Assembly: GCA_021811085.1 (NCBI GenBank)
Contig: JAJZPQ010000002.1
Location: 132,698 to 196,697 of the forward strand
DNA length: 64,000 nt
Source: Pseudomonadota bacterium
GTDB taxonomy: Bacteria; Pseudomonadota; Gammaproteobacteria; Burkholderiales; SG8-39
Reading direction: 5' to 3'
Part shown: positions 56,008 to 64,000 of the stretch, piece by piece
Layout of the letters: each line of letters opens with the position of its first letter
Numbering within the stretch: the stretch's first letter is position 1
Program-made: the position numbers and the translations under genes
Notes under the pieces: generated by a model
Database searches by the model: none
Told to the model about the DNA's origin: nothing
The model's input: only the letters and a program-made list of their open reading frames with translations

Positions 56008-57531
56008 CTAGGTTAGCGACTTGATCGGGATGGTCTTGCGTTTCTTGCCGCCGAACAGGCTGGCCTCGGATTGGCCGTCGGAGCAGCCGTTGCCGAAGGA
56101 GAAGCCGCAGCCGCCGCGCAGGTCGTAGGCGTTTTCCGCATATTCGCGGTGCGTGGTCGGAATGACGAAGCGGTCCTCGTAGTTCGCGATCGCCATGTAG
56201 CGGTACATATCCTCCACCTCCGCCTTGGACAGGCCGACCTGCTTCAGCACCTCCGTGTTCTCGCGCTGCTCCACGTGCCGGCCGCGCATGTAGGCGCGCA
56301 TCGCGAGCATGCGCTCGAGCGCCGCCACCACCGGCGCCTCGTCGCCCGCAGTGAGCAGATTGGCAAGGTACTGCAGCGGGATGCGCAGGCTGCGCACATC
56401 GGGCAGCGCACCGAACGCGCCGAGTTGCCCGGTATTGGCGGCCGCGCTGATCGGCGACAGCGGCGGCACATACCAGACCATGGGCAGCGTGCGGTACTCC
56501 GGATGCAGCGGCAGCGCGACTTTCCACTCCATCGCCATTTTGTACACAGGTGATTCCTGCGCCGCCTTGATCCAGGCCTCGGGCACGCCGTCGGCGCGCG
56601 CCTGCGCCTGCACTTCGGCCGCATGCGGATCGAGAAACACACCCAGTTGCGCCTTGTACAAATCCTTTTCGTTCTCCACGCTCGCCGCATCGAGGATGCG
56701 GTCGGCGTCATAGAGCATCACGCCGAGGTAGCGGATGCGCCCGACGCAAGTCTCCGAGCAAACGGTGGGCTGCCCCGATTCGATGCGCGGATAGCAGAAA
56801 ATGCACTTCTCGGCCTTGCCGGTGGACCAGTTGTAGTAGATCTTCTTGTACGGACAGCCGGATACGCACATGCGCCAGCCGCGGCACTTGTCCTGGTCGA
56901 TCAGGACAATGCCGTCTTCCTCGCGCTTGTAGATCGAGCCCGACGGGCAGGATGCGACGCAGGTCGGATTGAGGCAATGCTCGCACAGGCGCGGCAGGTA
57001 CATCATGAAGGTGTTTTCGAACTGACCGTACATCTCCTTCTGCATGTCCTCGAAATTGGAGTCCTTCCCGCGCTTGGCGAACTCGCCGCCGAGGATTTCC
57101 TCCCAGTTGGGCCCGCCTTCGATTTTCTCCATGCGCTCTCCTGTGATCAGCGAGCGCGGGCGTGCGGTCGGCGGCGCCTTCATTTCCGGCGCATTGTGCA
57201 GGTGCTGGTAATCGTAGGTAAACGGCTCGTAATAGTCGTCGATCTGCGGCAGGTTCGGATTCGCGAAAATCTTCAGTAACACCTCAAGCTTGCCGCCCTG
57301 CTTGGGCTGGATTTTGCCCGAGTCCTTGCGCACCCAGCCGCCGTTCCATTTCTCCTGGTTTTCCCATTGTTTCGGGTAGCCGATGCCCGGTTTGGTTTCG
57401 ACGTTGTTGAACCAGGCGTACTCCATGCCCTCGCGGTTGGTCCAGACGTTCTTGCAGGTGACCGAGCAGGTGTGGCAGCCGATGCATTTGTCGAGGTTGA
57501 GCACCATGCCGATTTGAGCGCGTACTTTCAT
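56008..57531 (-). CDS. narH: Respiratory nitrate reductase beta subunit
   Basis: 507 aa. MKVRAQIGMVLNLDKCIGCHTCSVTCKNVWT and further Fe-S Cys clusters (CEHCLNPTCVASCP, CRGWRMCVSGCPY). Confidence 0.96.
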   Translation of the reverse strand: MKVRAQIGMVLNLDKCIGCHTCSVTCKNVWTNREGMEYAWFNNVETKPGIGYPKQWENQEKWNGGWVRKDSGKIQPKQGGKLEVLLKIFANPNLPQIDDYYEPFTYDYQHLHNAPEMKAPPTARPRSLITGERMEKIEGGPNWEEILGGEFAKRGKDSNFEDMQKEMYGQFENTFMMYLPRLCEHCLNPTCVASCPSGSIYKREEDGIVLIDQDKCRGWRMCVSGCPYKKIYYNWSTGKAEKCIFCYPRIESGQPTVCSETCVGRIRYLGVMLYDADRILDAASVENEKDLYKAQLGVFLDPHAAEVQAQARADGVPEAWIKAAQESPVYKMAMEWKVALPLHPEYRTLPMVWYVPPLSPISAAANTGQLGAFGALPDVRSLRIPLQYLANLLTAGDEAPVVAALERMLAMRAYMRGRHVEQRENTEVLKQVGLSKAEVEDMYRYMAIANYEDRFVIPTTHREYAENAYDLRGGCGFSFGNGCSDGQSEASLFGGKKRKTIPIKSLT

Positions 57532-60500
57532 GACTTCACTCCTTCAGCCAATTCGGCCGTCGCCTCTTCGTCCAACCAGTCCACTTTTTTCATTTTGCGC
57601 ACCACCACGAACTCGTCGCGGTTGGTGCCGATGGTGCCGTAGTAGTTGAAGCCGTAGGACAGCTGCGCGTAGCCGCCGATCATGTGCGTCGGCTTGGTGA
57701 CGATGCGCGTGACCGAGTTGTGGATGCCGCCGCGCGTACCGGTGATTTCCGAGCCCGGGGTGTTGATGATCTTCTCCTGCGCGTGGTACATCATGCACAT
57801 GCCCGGCAGCACGCGCTGGCTCACCACCGCGCGCGCCGCGATGGCGCCGTTCACGTTATAGAGTTCGATCCAGTCGTTGTCGACGATGCCGGCTTTCCTG
57901 GCATCGTCCTCCGACAGCCACACGATCGGACCGCCGCGCGACAACGTCAGCATCAGCAGATTGTCGGTGTAGGTCGAGTGGATGCCCCACTTCTGGTGCG
58001 GCGTGATGAAATTCAGCAGCACCTCGGGGTTGCCGTTGCCGCGCACGCCGCGCATCGCGCGAGTGGTCTTCAAGTCGACCGGCGGGCGGTACACGCACAG
58101 ACCTTCGCCGAAACCCAGCATCCACTTGTGATCCTGGTAGAACTGCTGGCGTCCGGTCAGGGTGCGCCAGGGAATCAGCTCGTTGACGTTGGTCCAGCCG
58201 GCGTTGTAGCTGACCTTCTCCGACTCGATGCCGCTCCAGGTCGGGCTGGATATGATCTTGCGCGGCTGCGCCTGCAGATCGCGAAAGCGCAGTTTCTCGT
58301 CCTCTTTTGCCCGCGCCAGGTGCGCATGCTCGCGCCCGGTGATTTTGGAGAGCGCCTCCCAGGCCTTCACCGCCACCTCGCCGTTGGTCTCCGGTGCGAG
58401 CGAGAGAATCACCTCGGCCGCGTCGATGTCGGTGTCGATCCTGGGCATGCCCCGCGTGATGCCCTCGTCCGTCACCGCGTAGTTCAGTTCGCCGAGCTGC
58501 TGCACTTCGTGCTCGGTGTTCCAGGCGATGCCCTTGCCGCCGTTGCCGACCTTCGCCATGAGCGGCCCGAGCGCCGTGAATTTCTTATAGGTGTTCGGGT
58601 AGTCGCGCTCGATCACCGTCATCGCCGGCGCGGTTTTGCCGGGAATCAGCTCGCACTGGCCTTTTTTCCATTCCTTGACGTCGAGCGCCTGCGCCAGCTC
58701 ACCCGGCGTGTCGTGCATCAGCGGCGTCAGCACCAGTTCTTTCTCCACCCCCAGGTGCCCGACGCACAGTTCGGAGAATTTCTTGGCAAAGCCTTTGTAA
58801 ATCTCCCAGTCGTTCCTCGCCTCCCACGCCGGATCCACTGCGGCCGACAGCGGGTGGATGAACGGGTGCATGTCCGAGGTGTTGAGGTCGTTCTTCTCGT
58901 ACCAGGTAGCGGTGGGCAGCACGATGTCCGAATACAGGCAGGTGGTCGACATGCGGAAATCCAGCGTCACCAGCAGGTCGAGCTTGCCCTCGGGCGCCTC
59001 TTCGCGCCAGGTCACCTCCTCCGGTTTGGTGCCGCCGAAGCTACCGAGGTCCTTGCCCTGCACCCCATGCGTCGTCCCCAGGAGATGCTTGAGGAAATAC
59101 TCGTGGCCCTTGCCCGAGGATCCGATCAGATTGGAACGCCAAATAAAGAGATTTCTCGGAAAATTGGCCGGATCGTCCGGATCCTCGCAGGCGAGGCGCA
59201 GCTTGCCGTCTTTGAGCGACTTCACCGCGTAATCCTTGGGATCCATGCCGGCGGCCGCGGCATCCTTGACCACCTGGATCGGATTGGTCTGCAGCTGCGG
59301 CGCCGAGGGCAGCCAGCCCATGCGCTCGGCGCGCACATTGAAGTCGATCAGCGAGCCGGTGTATTCCTTCGGATCGGCCAGCGGCGAGAGGATCTCGCTG
59401 ATCGCGAGCTTCTCGTAGCGCCATTGATCGGTATGCGCGTAAAAGAATGAAGTCGAATTCATCTGCCGCGGCGGGCGATGCCAATCGAGCGCGAACGCGA
59501 GCGCAGTCCAGCCGGTCTGCGGCCGCAGTTTTTCCTGCCCGACATAGTGGGCCCAGCCGCCGCCGGACACGCCGACGCAGCCGCACATGACCAGCATGTT
59601 GATGATGCCGCGGTAGTTCATGTCGCAGTGATACCAGTGGTTCATGCCTGCGCCGATGATCACCATCGATTTGCCCCGCGTCTTGTCGGCGTTGTCGGCG
59701 AACTGGCGCGCGACCAGGATCACGTCGGCGGCCTTGACGCCGGTGATGGCCTCCTGCCACGCCGGCGTGTAGGGCACGTTCTGCTCGAAGCTGCTGGCGA
59801 CATTGCCGCCGCCGAGGCCGCGATCGATGCCGTAGTTGGCGACGAGCAGGTCGAATACGCTCGCCACCAGTACCTCGCCTTCCGCCAACTGCAGTTTCTT
59901 CACCGGCACGTTGCGCAGCAGCACGTCCTTGCCCTGCTCGTTGTGGTTGAAGTTCTCGGTGACGATGCCGCCGAAATAAGGGAAGGCGACCGGCGCGACA
60001 TCGTCGCGCCGGTCGATCAGCGACAGACACAGCTTCGCTTCCCCTCCTCCCGCCTCCTTCTGTTCCAGATTCCATTTGCCGTCGCTCTGCCCCCAGCGGA
60101 ATCCGATGGAACCGTTCGGCACCACCACTTTTCCCGAGTGTTCGTCGAAAGCGACGGTCTTCCAGTCGGGGTTGTTCGCCTGCGCCAGCTTGTCGGAGAA
60201 GTCCGTGGCGCGCACGAAGCGGTCGGGCACGTAGCGCCCGTCGCGCTTGACCAGCTTTACCAGCATCGGCAGGTCGGTATAGCGGCGCGCGTAGTCCTGG
60301 AAATAGGCCGAAGGCTTGTCCAGGTGGAATTCCTTCAGGATCACATGCCCCATCGCCATCGCCAGCGCCGCATCGGTGCCCTGCTTGGGGTGCAGCCACA
60401 GGTCGCCGAGCTTGGACACCTCGGCGTAGTCCGGGGTGATCGATACGATTTTCGCCCCCTTGTAGCGCACTTCGGTGAAGAAATGGGCATCGGGCGTGCG

Positions 60501-61277
60501 CGTCTGCGGCACGTTCGAGCCCCAGGCCATGATGAACGTGGAGTTGTACCAGTCGGCCGATTCCGGCACGTCGGTCTGCTCGCCCCAGGTCTGCGGGCTC
60601 GCCGGCGGCAGGTCGCAGTACCAGTCGTAGAAACTCATGCACACGCCGCCGATCAGCGACAGGTAGCGGCTGCCGGCGGCATAGGACACCATCGACATCG
60701 CCGGAATCGGAGAAAATCCGACCACGCGGTCCGGGCCGTGCTTTTTGATGGTATAGATATTGGCCGAGGCGATGATCTCGTTCGCTTCGTCCCAGCTCGA
60801 GCGCACGAATCCGCCGAGCCCGCGGCGCGATTTGTAGTCCCTGGACGCCTGCGGCGATTCGACGATGGTGGCCCAGGCCTCCACCGGTCCGAGCGATTTG
60901 CGCGCCTCGCGCCAGGCGCGCAGCAATCTGCCGCGCACCATCGGGTATTTCACCCGGTTGGCGCTGTACATGTACCAGGAATACGAGGCCCCGCGCGAGC
61001 AGCCGCGCGGCTCGTGGTTGGGCAGGTCCGGGCGCGTGCGCGGATAGTCGGTCTGCTGCGTCTCCCAGGTGACGATGCCGCCCTTGACGTAGATTTTCCA
61101 GCTGCACGAGCCGGTGCAGTTGACCCCGTGCGTGGAGCGCACGATCTTGTCGTGCTGCCAGCGCTGGCGGTAGCCGTCCTCCCAGGTGCGGTCTTCGCGC
61201 GTCACCTGGCCGTGGCCGTCGGAAAAACTCTCCCGTTCCTGGCTGAAATAGCTGAGGCGGTCTAGAAAATGACTCAT
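57528..61277 (-). CDS. narG: Respiratory nitrate reductase alpha subunit
   Basis: 1249 aa. MSHFLDRLSYFSQ..., HGVNCTGSCSWKIYVKGGIVTWE (FS0 cluster motif), typical Mo-bisMGD domains. The stop overlaps the narH start. Confidence 0.97.
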   Translation of the reverse strand: MSHFLDRLSYFSQERESFSDGHGQVTREDRTWEDGYRQRWQHDKIVRSTHGVNCTGSCSWKIYVKGGIVTWETQQTDYPRTRPDLPNHEPRGCSRGASYSWYMYSANRVKYPMVRGRLLRAWREARKSLGPVEAWATIVESPQASRDYKSRRGLGGFVRSSWDEANEIIASANIYTIKKHGPDRVVGFSPIPAMSMVSYAAGSRYLSLIGGVCMSFYDWYCDLPPASPQTWGEQTDVPESADWYNSTFIMAWGSNVPQTRTPDAHFFTEVRYKGAKIVSITPDYAEVSKLGDLWLHPKQGTDAALAMAMGHVILKEFHLDKPSAYFQDYARRYTDLPMLVKLVKRDGRYVPDRFVRATDFSDKLAQANNPDWKTVAFDEHSGKVVVPNGSIGFRWGQSDGKWNLEQKEAGGGEAKLCLSLIDRRDDVAPVAFPYFGGIVTENFNHNEQGKDVLLRNVPVKKLQLAEGEVLVASVFDLLVANYGIDRGLGGGNVASSFEQNVPYTPAWQEAITGVKAADVILVARQFADNADKTRGKSMVIIGAGMNHWYHCDMNYRGIINMLVMCGCVGVSGGGWAHYVGQEKLRPQTGWTALAFALDWHRPPRQMNSTSFFYAHTDQWRYEKLAISEILSPLADPKEYTGSLIDFNVRAERMGWLPSAPQLQTNPIQVVKDAAAAGMDPKDYAVKSLKDGKLRLACEDPDDPANFPRNLFIWRSNLIGSSGKGHEYFLKHLLGTTHGVQGKDLGSFGGTKPEEVTWREEAPEGKLDLLVTLDFRMSTTCLYSDIVLPTATWYEKNDLNTSDMHPFIHPLSAAVDPAWEARNDWEIYKGFAKKFSELCVGHLGVEKELVLTPLMHDTPGELAQALDVKEWKKGQCELIPGKTAPAMTVIERDYPNTYKKFTALGPLMAKVGNGGKGIAWNTEHEVQQLGELNYAVTDEGITRGMPRIDTDIDAAEVILSLAPETNGEVAVKAWEALSKITGREHAHLARAKEDEKLRFRDLQAQPRKIISSPTWSGIESEKVSYNAGWTNVNELIPWRTLTGRQQFYQDHKWMLGFGEGLCVYRPPVDLKTTRAMRGVRGNGNPEVLLNFITPHQKWGIHSTYTDNLLMLTLSRGGPIVWLSEDDARKAGIVDNDWIELYNVNGAIAARAVVSQRVLPGMCMMYHAQEKIINTPGSEITGTRGGIHNSVTRIVTKPTHMIGGYAQLSYGFNYYGTIGTNRDEFVVVRKMKKVDWLDEEATAELAEGVKS

Positions 61278-61332
61278 GGTTGTCCTCTTTTCTGCAAATA
61301 GTGTGGTGCGTCGATAGCGTGCAAAGCGACTC

Positions 61333-62712
61333 TCAGCAGGGCATCGGAGCGTCGCGCCGGGAATAATTCCACCAGGTAATCACGATGCAGGTGACGTAGA
61401 ACACGATGAACATATACAGCGCGTAGGCCGGTCCGCCGAACGTCGAGATCGCTATGCCGTAGCTCATCGGGATGAAGAAACCGCCGTAGGCCGCCATCGC
61501 CGAGGAGAAGCCGAGCACGGCCGCCGCTTCCTTGTTGGCATCGCGCACCGCCTGCTCCTCGGCCGCCTTGCCCTTGCCGGAGGCTTCGCGCTGGCGCTCG
61601 TTCATGAAAATCACCGGGATCATGCGGAAGGTCGAACCGTTGCCGATCCCCGCGGCCGCGAACAGCGCCATGAAGGTCGCGAGGAAGCCGTAGAAATTGC
61701 CGCCCTGCCCGCCCTGCGGCAGGAAGTACAGCACCCCCAGCACGCCCACCACCATGGCAGTGAAAGTCCAGAAGGTTACGCGCGCACCGCCGAGTTTGTC
61801 CGACAGCCATCCTCCCAGCGGACGGATCAGCGCGCCGACCAGAGGGCCGAGCCAGGCGTAGGACAGCGCGTTGATCTGCGGAAACTGGCTCTTGATCAGC
61901 AGCGGGAAGCCGGCCGAATAGCCGATGAACGAGCCGAAGGTTCCGAGATACAGCCAGCACATGATCCAGTTGTGCTTGCGCTTGAAAATCACCGCCTGAT
62001 CGGAAAACGAGGCCTTGGCGCTGGCGAGGTCGTTCATGCCGAACCACGCCGCCACGGCGAATATCGCGATGAACGGGACCCAGATGAAGCCTGCGTTCTG
62101 CAGCCACATCTGCTTGACTTCGGCGCCCTTGGTCCAGACCTGCGGCTCGCCGCCGAGTGCGCCGAACACCCCGGCCGTGATGACCAGCGGCACCACGAAC
62201 TGCACCAGCGACACGCCGAGGTTGCCCAGGCCCGCGTTGAGCCCCAGCGCCGTGCCTTTCTGCGACTTCGGGAAAAAGAAATTGATGTTCGCCATGCTCG
62301 AGGCGAAGTTGCCGCCGCCGAAACCGCACAGCAGGGCCAGCACGATGAACACCGAATAGCTCGTCGAAGGATCCCTGACCGCGAATCCTATGCCCAGCGT
62401 CGGCAGCAGCAGCGATGCGGTGGAGATCGCCGTCCAGCGCCGGCCGCCGAATATCGGCACCATGAAGGAATAGAAAATCCGCAGCGTGGCGCCGCACAGC
62501 GCAGGCAGCGCGGCAAGCCAGAACAACTCCTTGGTCGAAAACTTGAAGCCGACGTTGGGCAGATTCACCACCACGACGCTCCACACCATCCACACCGCAA
62601 ACGCGAGCGTCAGCGACGGGATCGATATCCACAGGTTGCGGCTGGCGATGCGCCTGCCGGTGGACTCCCAGAACTTCTCGTCCTCCACGTCCCATATCTT
62701 GATATATGACAT
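61333..62712 (-). CDS. narK: MFS nitrate/nitrite antiporter (NarK2-type)
   Basis: 459 aa. 12-TM MFS with nitrate-signature-like motifs (GFGGGNFASSM, AAGIGNGSTF). Directly upstream of narG. Confidence 0.9.
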   Translation of the reverse strand: MSYIKIWDVEDEKFWESTGRRIASRNLWISIPSLTLAFAVWMVWSVVVVNLPNVGFKFSTKELFWLAALPALCGATLRIFYSFMVPIFGGRRWTAISTASLLLPTLGIGFAVRDPSTSYSVFIVLALLCGFGGGNFASSMANINFFFPKSQKGTALGLNAGLGNLGVSLVQFVVPLVITAGVFGALGGEPQVWTKGAEVKQMWLQNAGFIWVPFIAIFAVAAWFGMNDLASAKASFSDQAVIFKRKHNWIMCWLYLGTFGSFIGYSAGFPLLIKSQFPQINALSYAWLGPLVGALIRPLGGWLSDKLGGARVTFWTFTAMVVGVLGVLYFLPQGGQGGNFYGFLATFMALFAAAGIGNGSTFRMIPVIFMNERQREASGKGKAAEEQAVRDANKEAAAVLGFSSAMAAYGGFFIPMSYGIAISTFGGPAYALYMFIVFYVTCIVITWWNYSRRDAPMPC

Positions 62713-62769
62713 GCTTAGTTCCTCCGAAAAATATACTTCATTTACTAGATCTCCGTCGAGCCAGTCGCC

Positions 62770-64000
62770 TCAACGCCCGCCACCAGCCATCATTTTCTTG
62801 TCGACCGACGATAGGTGATATTCCTTCGCAAATGCGCCGGCCGGCTCTTTCATGAAGAACAGGCAGAAAACAAAGGTCACGGCAGCGGCGGCGCCGATCA
62901 TGTGAAAGAACTGGCTGTCGGTCATAGATACGAACGCGGAGGTAAACACAACGGCGCCCACATTGCCATAGGCTCCGGCATATCCCGCCACATTTCCCGT
63001 AATGCGCCGCTTGACAAACGGCACCAGGGCAAACGTCGTGCCGCAACCGCCGGTGACGAACAGCGCGCAAAGTACCGTTACCAGAACCGCCCCCGCCAAG
63101 GGCCATTGAGGCGTAATCATGCCCATCAGCATGAAACCTGCGGTCACGCCTGCAAGATAAATCAGGTGGGCAAGCTTCCTCGTGGGCGTACGGTCCGACA
63201 CATAACCGCCGAGCGCTCGGGAAAAGAAATTGAGCACCGCGAACATCGAACCAAACAGGCCGGCCATCACCGGGCTCAAGGCAAAGGTCTTTTGGAAAAA
63301 GTACGGAAGCATCGAAATAACCGCGAGCTCCGCGCCGAATGTAACGACATAGGACGCATTGAGCGTGCCTATCTGCGTAAATCTGTACTTGTCGTCTTCC
63401 GGAACGCCTTTCTTGAGAATAGGCACATTGACCTTGAGCAGGCCAAAGACTTGATACAGCACGCCGGCCGCTACGACCGCATACAGGATGTACGAGGTCT
63501 CGGCCGTGACATAGCCCTTGCTCGCCACCATCCTGACCAACAGCGAGAGCACGCCCCAGATGGGTATGGTCCAGACGATTGCAATGATCAAATCGCCCCA
63601 GGTGGATACTTCGATTGCCTGCGCCTTTCTCGATACCGGCCTGACCGTCCCTTTGGGACCGTCGGTAATGGCAAACCAGTAGTACACCCCATAGAGAGCC
63701 ATCGCAACGCCGGTCAGAGCTATGGCCCAGCGCCAACTGCCAAGAACCGTGAGCGCCAGGACCGGAACGGTTATTGCGGCCAGCGACGAACCCCAGTTGC
63801 CCAGACCCGCCTCAACGCCCTGGGAAAAGCCCGCGTCCCTGGGCTTGAACCAGAGCGAGGTCATTGCAATACCGACGACGAAGCCCGTCCCCACCATGCT
63901 CAGGATCAGCCTCGAGATCAGCATCTCGGTATAGGAAGAGGCAAAGCCGAACCAGATGCTGGGCAAGGCCATCGACCACATCACGATGCAAAATGTCTTT
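62770..64000 (-). CDS. narK: MFS nitrate transporter (NarK1/NasA-type), N-terminus cut by window edge
   Basis: The frame stays open to nt 64000. Polytopic MFS with GLGNWGSSLA and FVTGGCGTTFALVPF motifs. Tandem narK1-narK2-narGHJI arrangement as known from Pseudomonas aeruginosa. Confidence 0.85.
   Translation of the reverse strand, partial: KTFCIVMWSMALPSIWFGFASSYTEMLISRLILSMVGTGFVVGIAMTSLWFKPRDAGFSQGVEAGLGNWGSSLAAITVPVLALTVLGSWRWAIALTGVAMALYGVYYWFAITDGPKGTVRPVSRKAQAIEVSTWGDLIIAIVWTIPIWGVLSLLVRMVASKGYVTAETSYILYAVVAAGVLYQVFGLLKVNVPILKKGVPEDDKYRFTQIGTLNASYVVTFGAELAVISMLPYFFQKTFALSPVMAGLFGSMFAVLNFFSRALGGYVSDRTPTRKLAHLIYLAGVTAGFMLMGMITPQWPLAGAVLVTVLCALFVTGGCGTTFALVPFVKRRITGNVAGYAGAYGNVGAVVFTSAFVSMTDSQFFHMIGAAAAVTFVFCLFFMKEPAGAFAKEYHLSSVDKKMMAGGGR

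Noticed and set aside
57684-61265. 588-aa and 595-aa plus-strand ORFs, plus a 688-aa alternative minus frame (59041-61107)
   Set aside because: They overlap narG, whose 1249-aa frame is unmistakable. The alternative translations are Arg/Gly/Ala/His-rich noise.

Overview
High-GC proteobacterial chromosome segment; hand-counted 60-nt lines give 65-77% GC, and the gene order looks betaproteobacterial. About 90% of the window is ordinary, tightly packed core genome. In order it contains: flhDC-motAB flagellar genes next to a REC-GGDEF-EAL protein; a small signalling cluster (Crp-type HTH-only ORF, HDOD protein, Ser/Thr kinase-HDOD-GAF); tRNA-Cys and tRNA-Gly downstream of uvrC-pgsA; one long minus-strand block (UDG, nagZ, acpS, pdxJ, recO, era, rnc, lepB, lepA, mucD, rseB, rseA, rpoE, fabF, acpP, fabG, fabD, fabH, plsX, rpmF, yceD); a dppABCDF-like peptide ABC operon with an M13 metallopeptidase; maf; rluC divergent from rne; a family III CoA-transferase; and narK1-narK2-narGHJI at the right edge, with narK1 truncated by the window. 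The stand-out region is about 49.8-54.4 kb. It is visibly lower in GC (hand counts 48-55%) and holds three tightly coupled plus-strand genes: a MerR-like HTH protein, a 984-aa N6-adenine DNA methyltransferase with MmeI/Eco57I-like proportions and a large unassigned N-terminal module, and a translationally coupled Mrr-like PD-(D/E)xK nuclease. They are preceded by a near-consensus sigma70 promoter positioned for a leaderless transcript and by two 16-bp operator-like dyads. No integrase, transposase or tRNA border is present. I consider this a candidate uncharacterised restriction/defence module. The many very long ORFs antisense to conserved genes in the supplied track are high-GC shadow ORFs and were rejected. 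All functional calls rest on motif recognition by eye; no database search was run.
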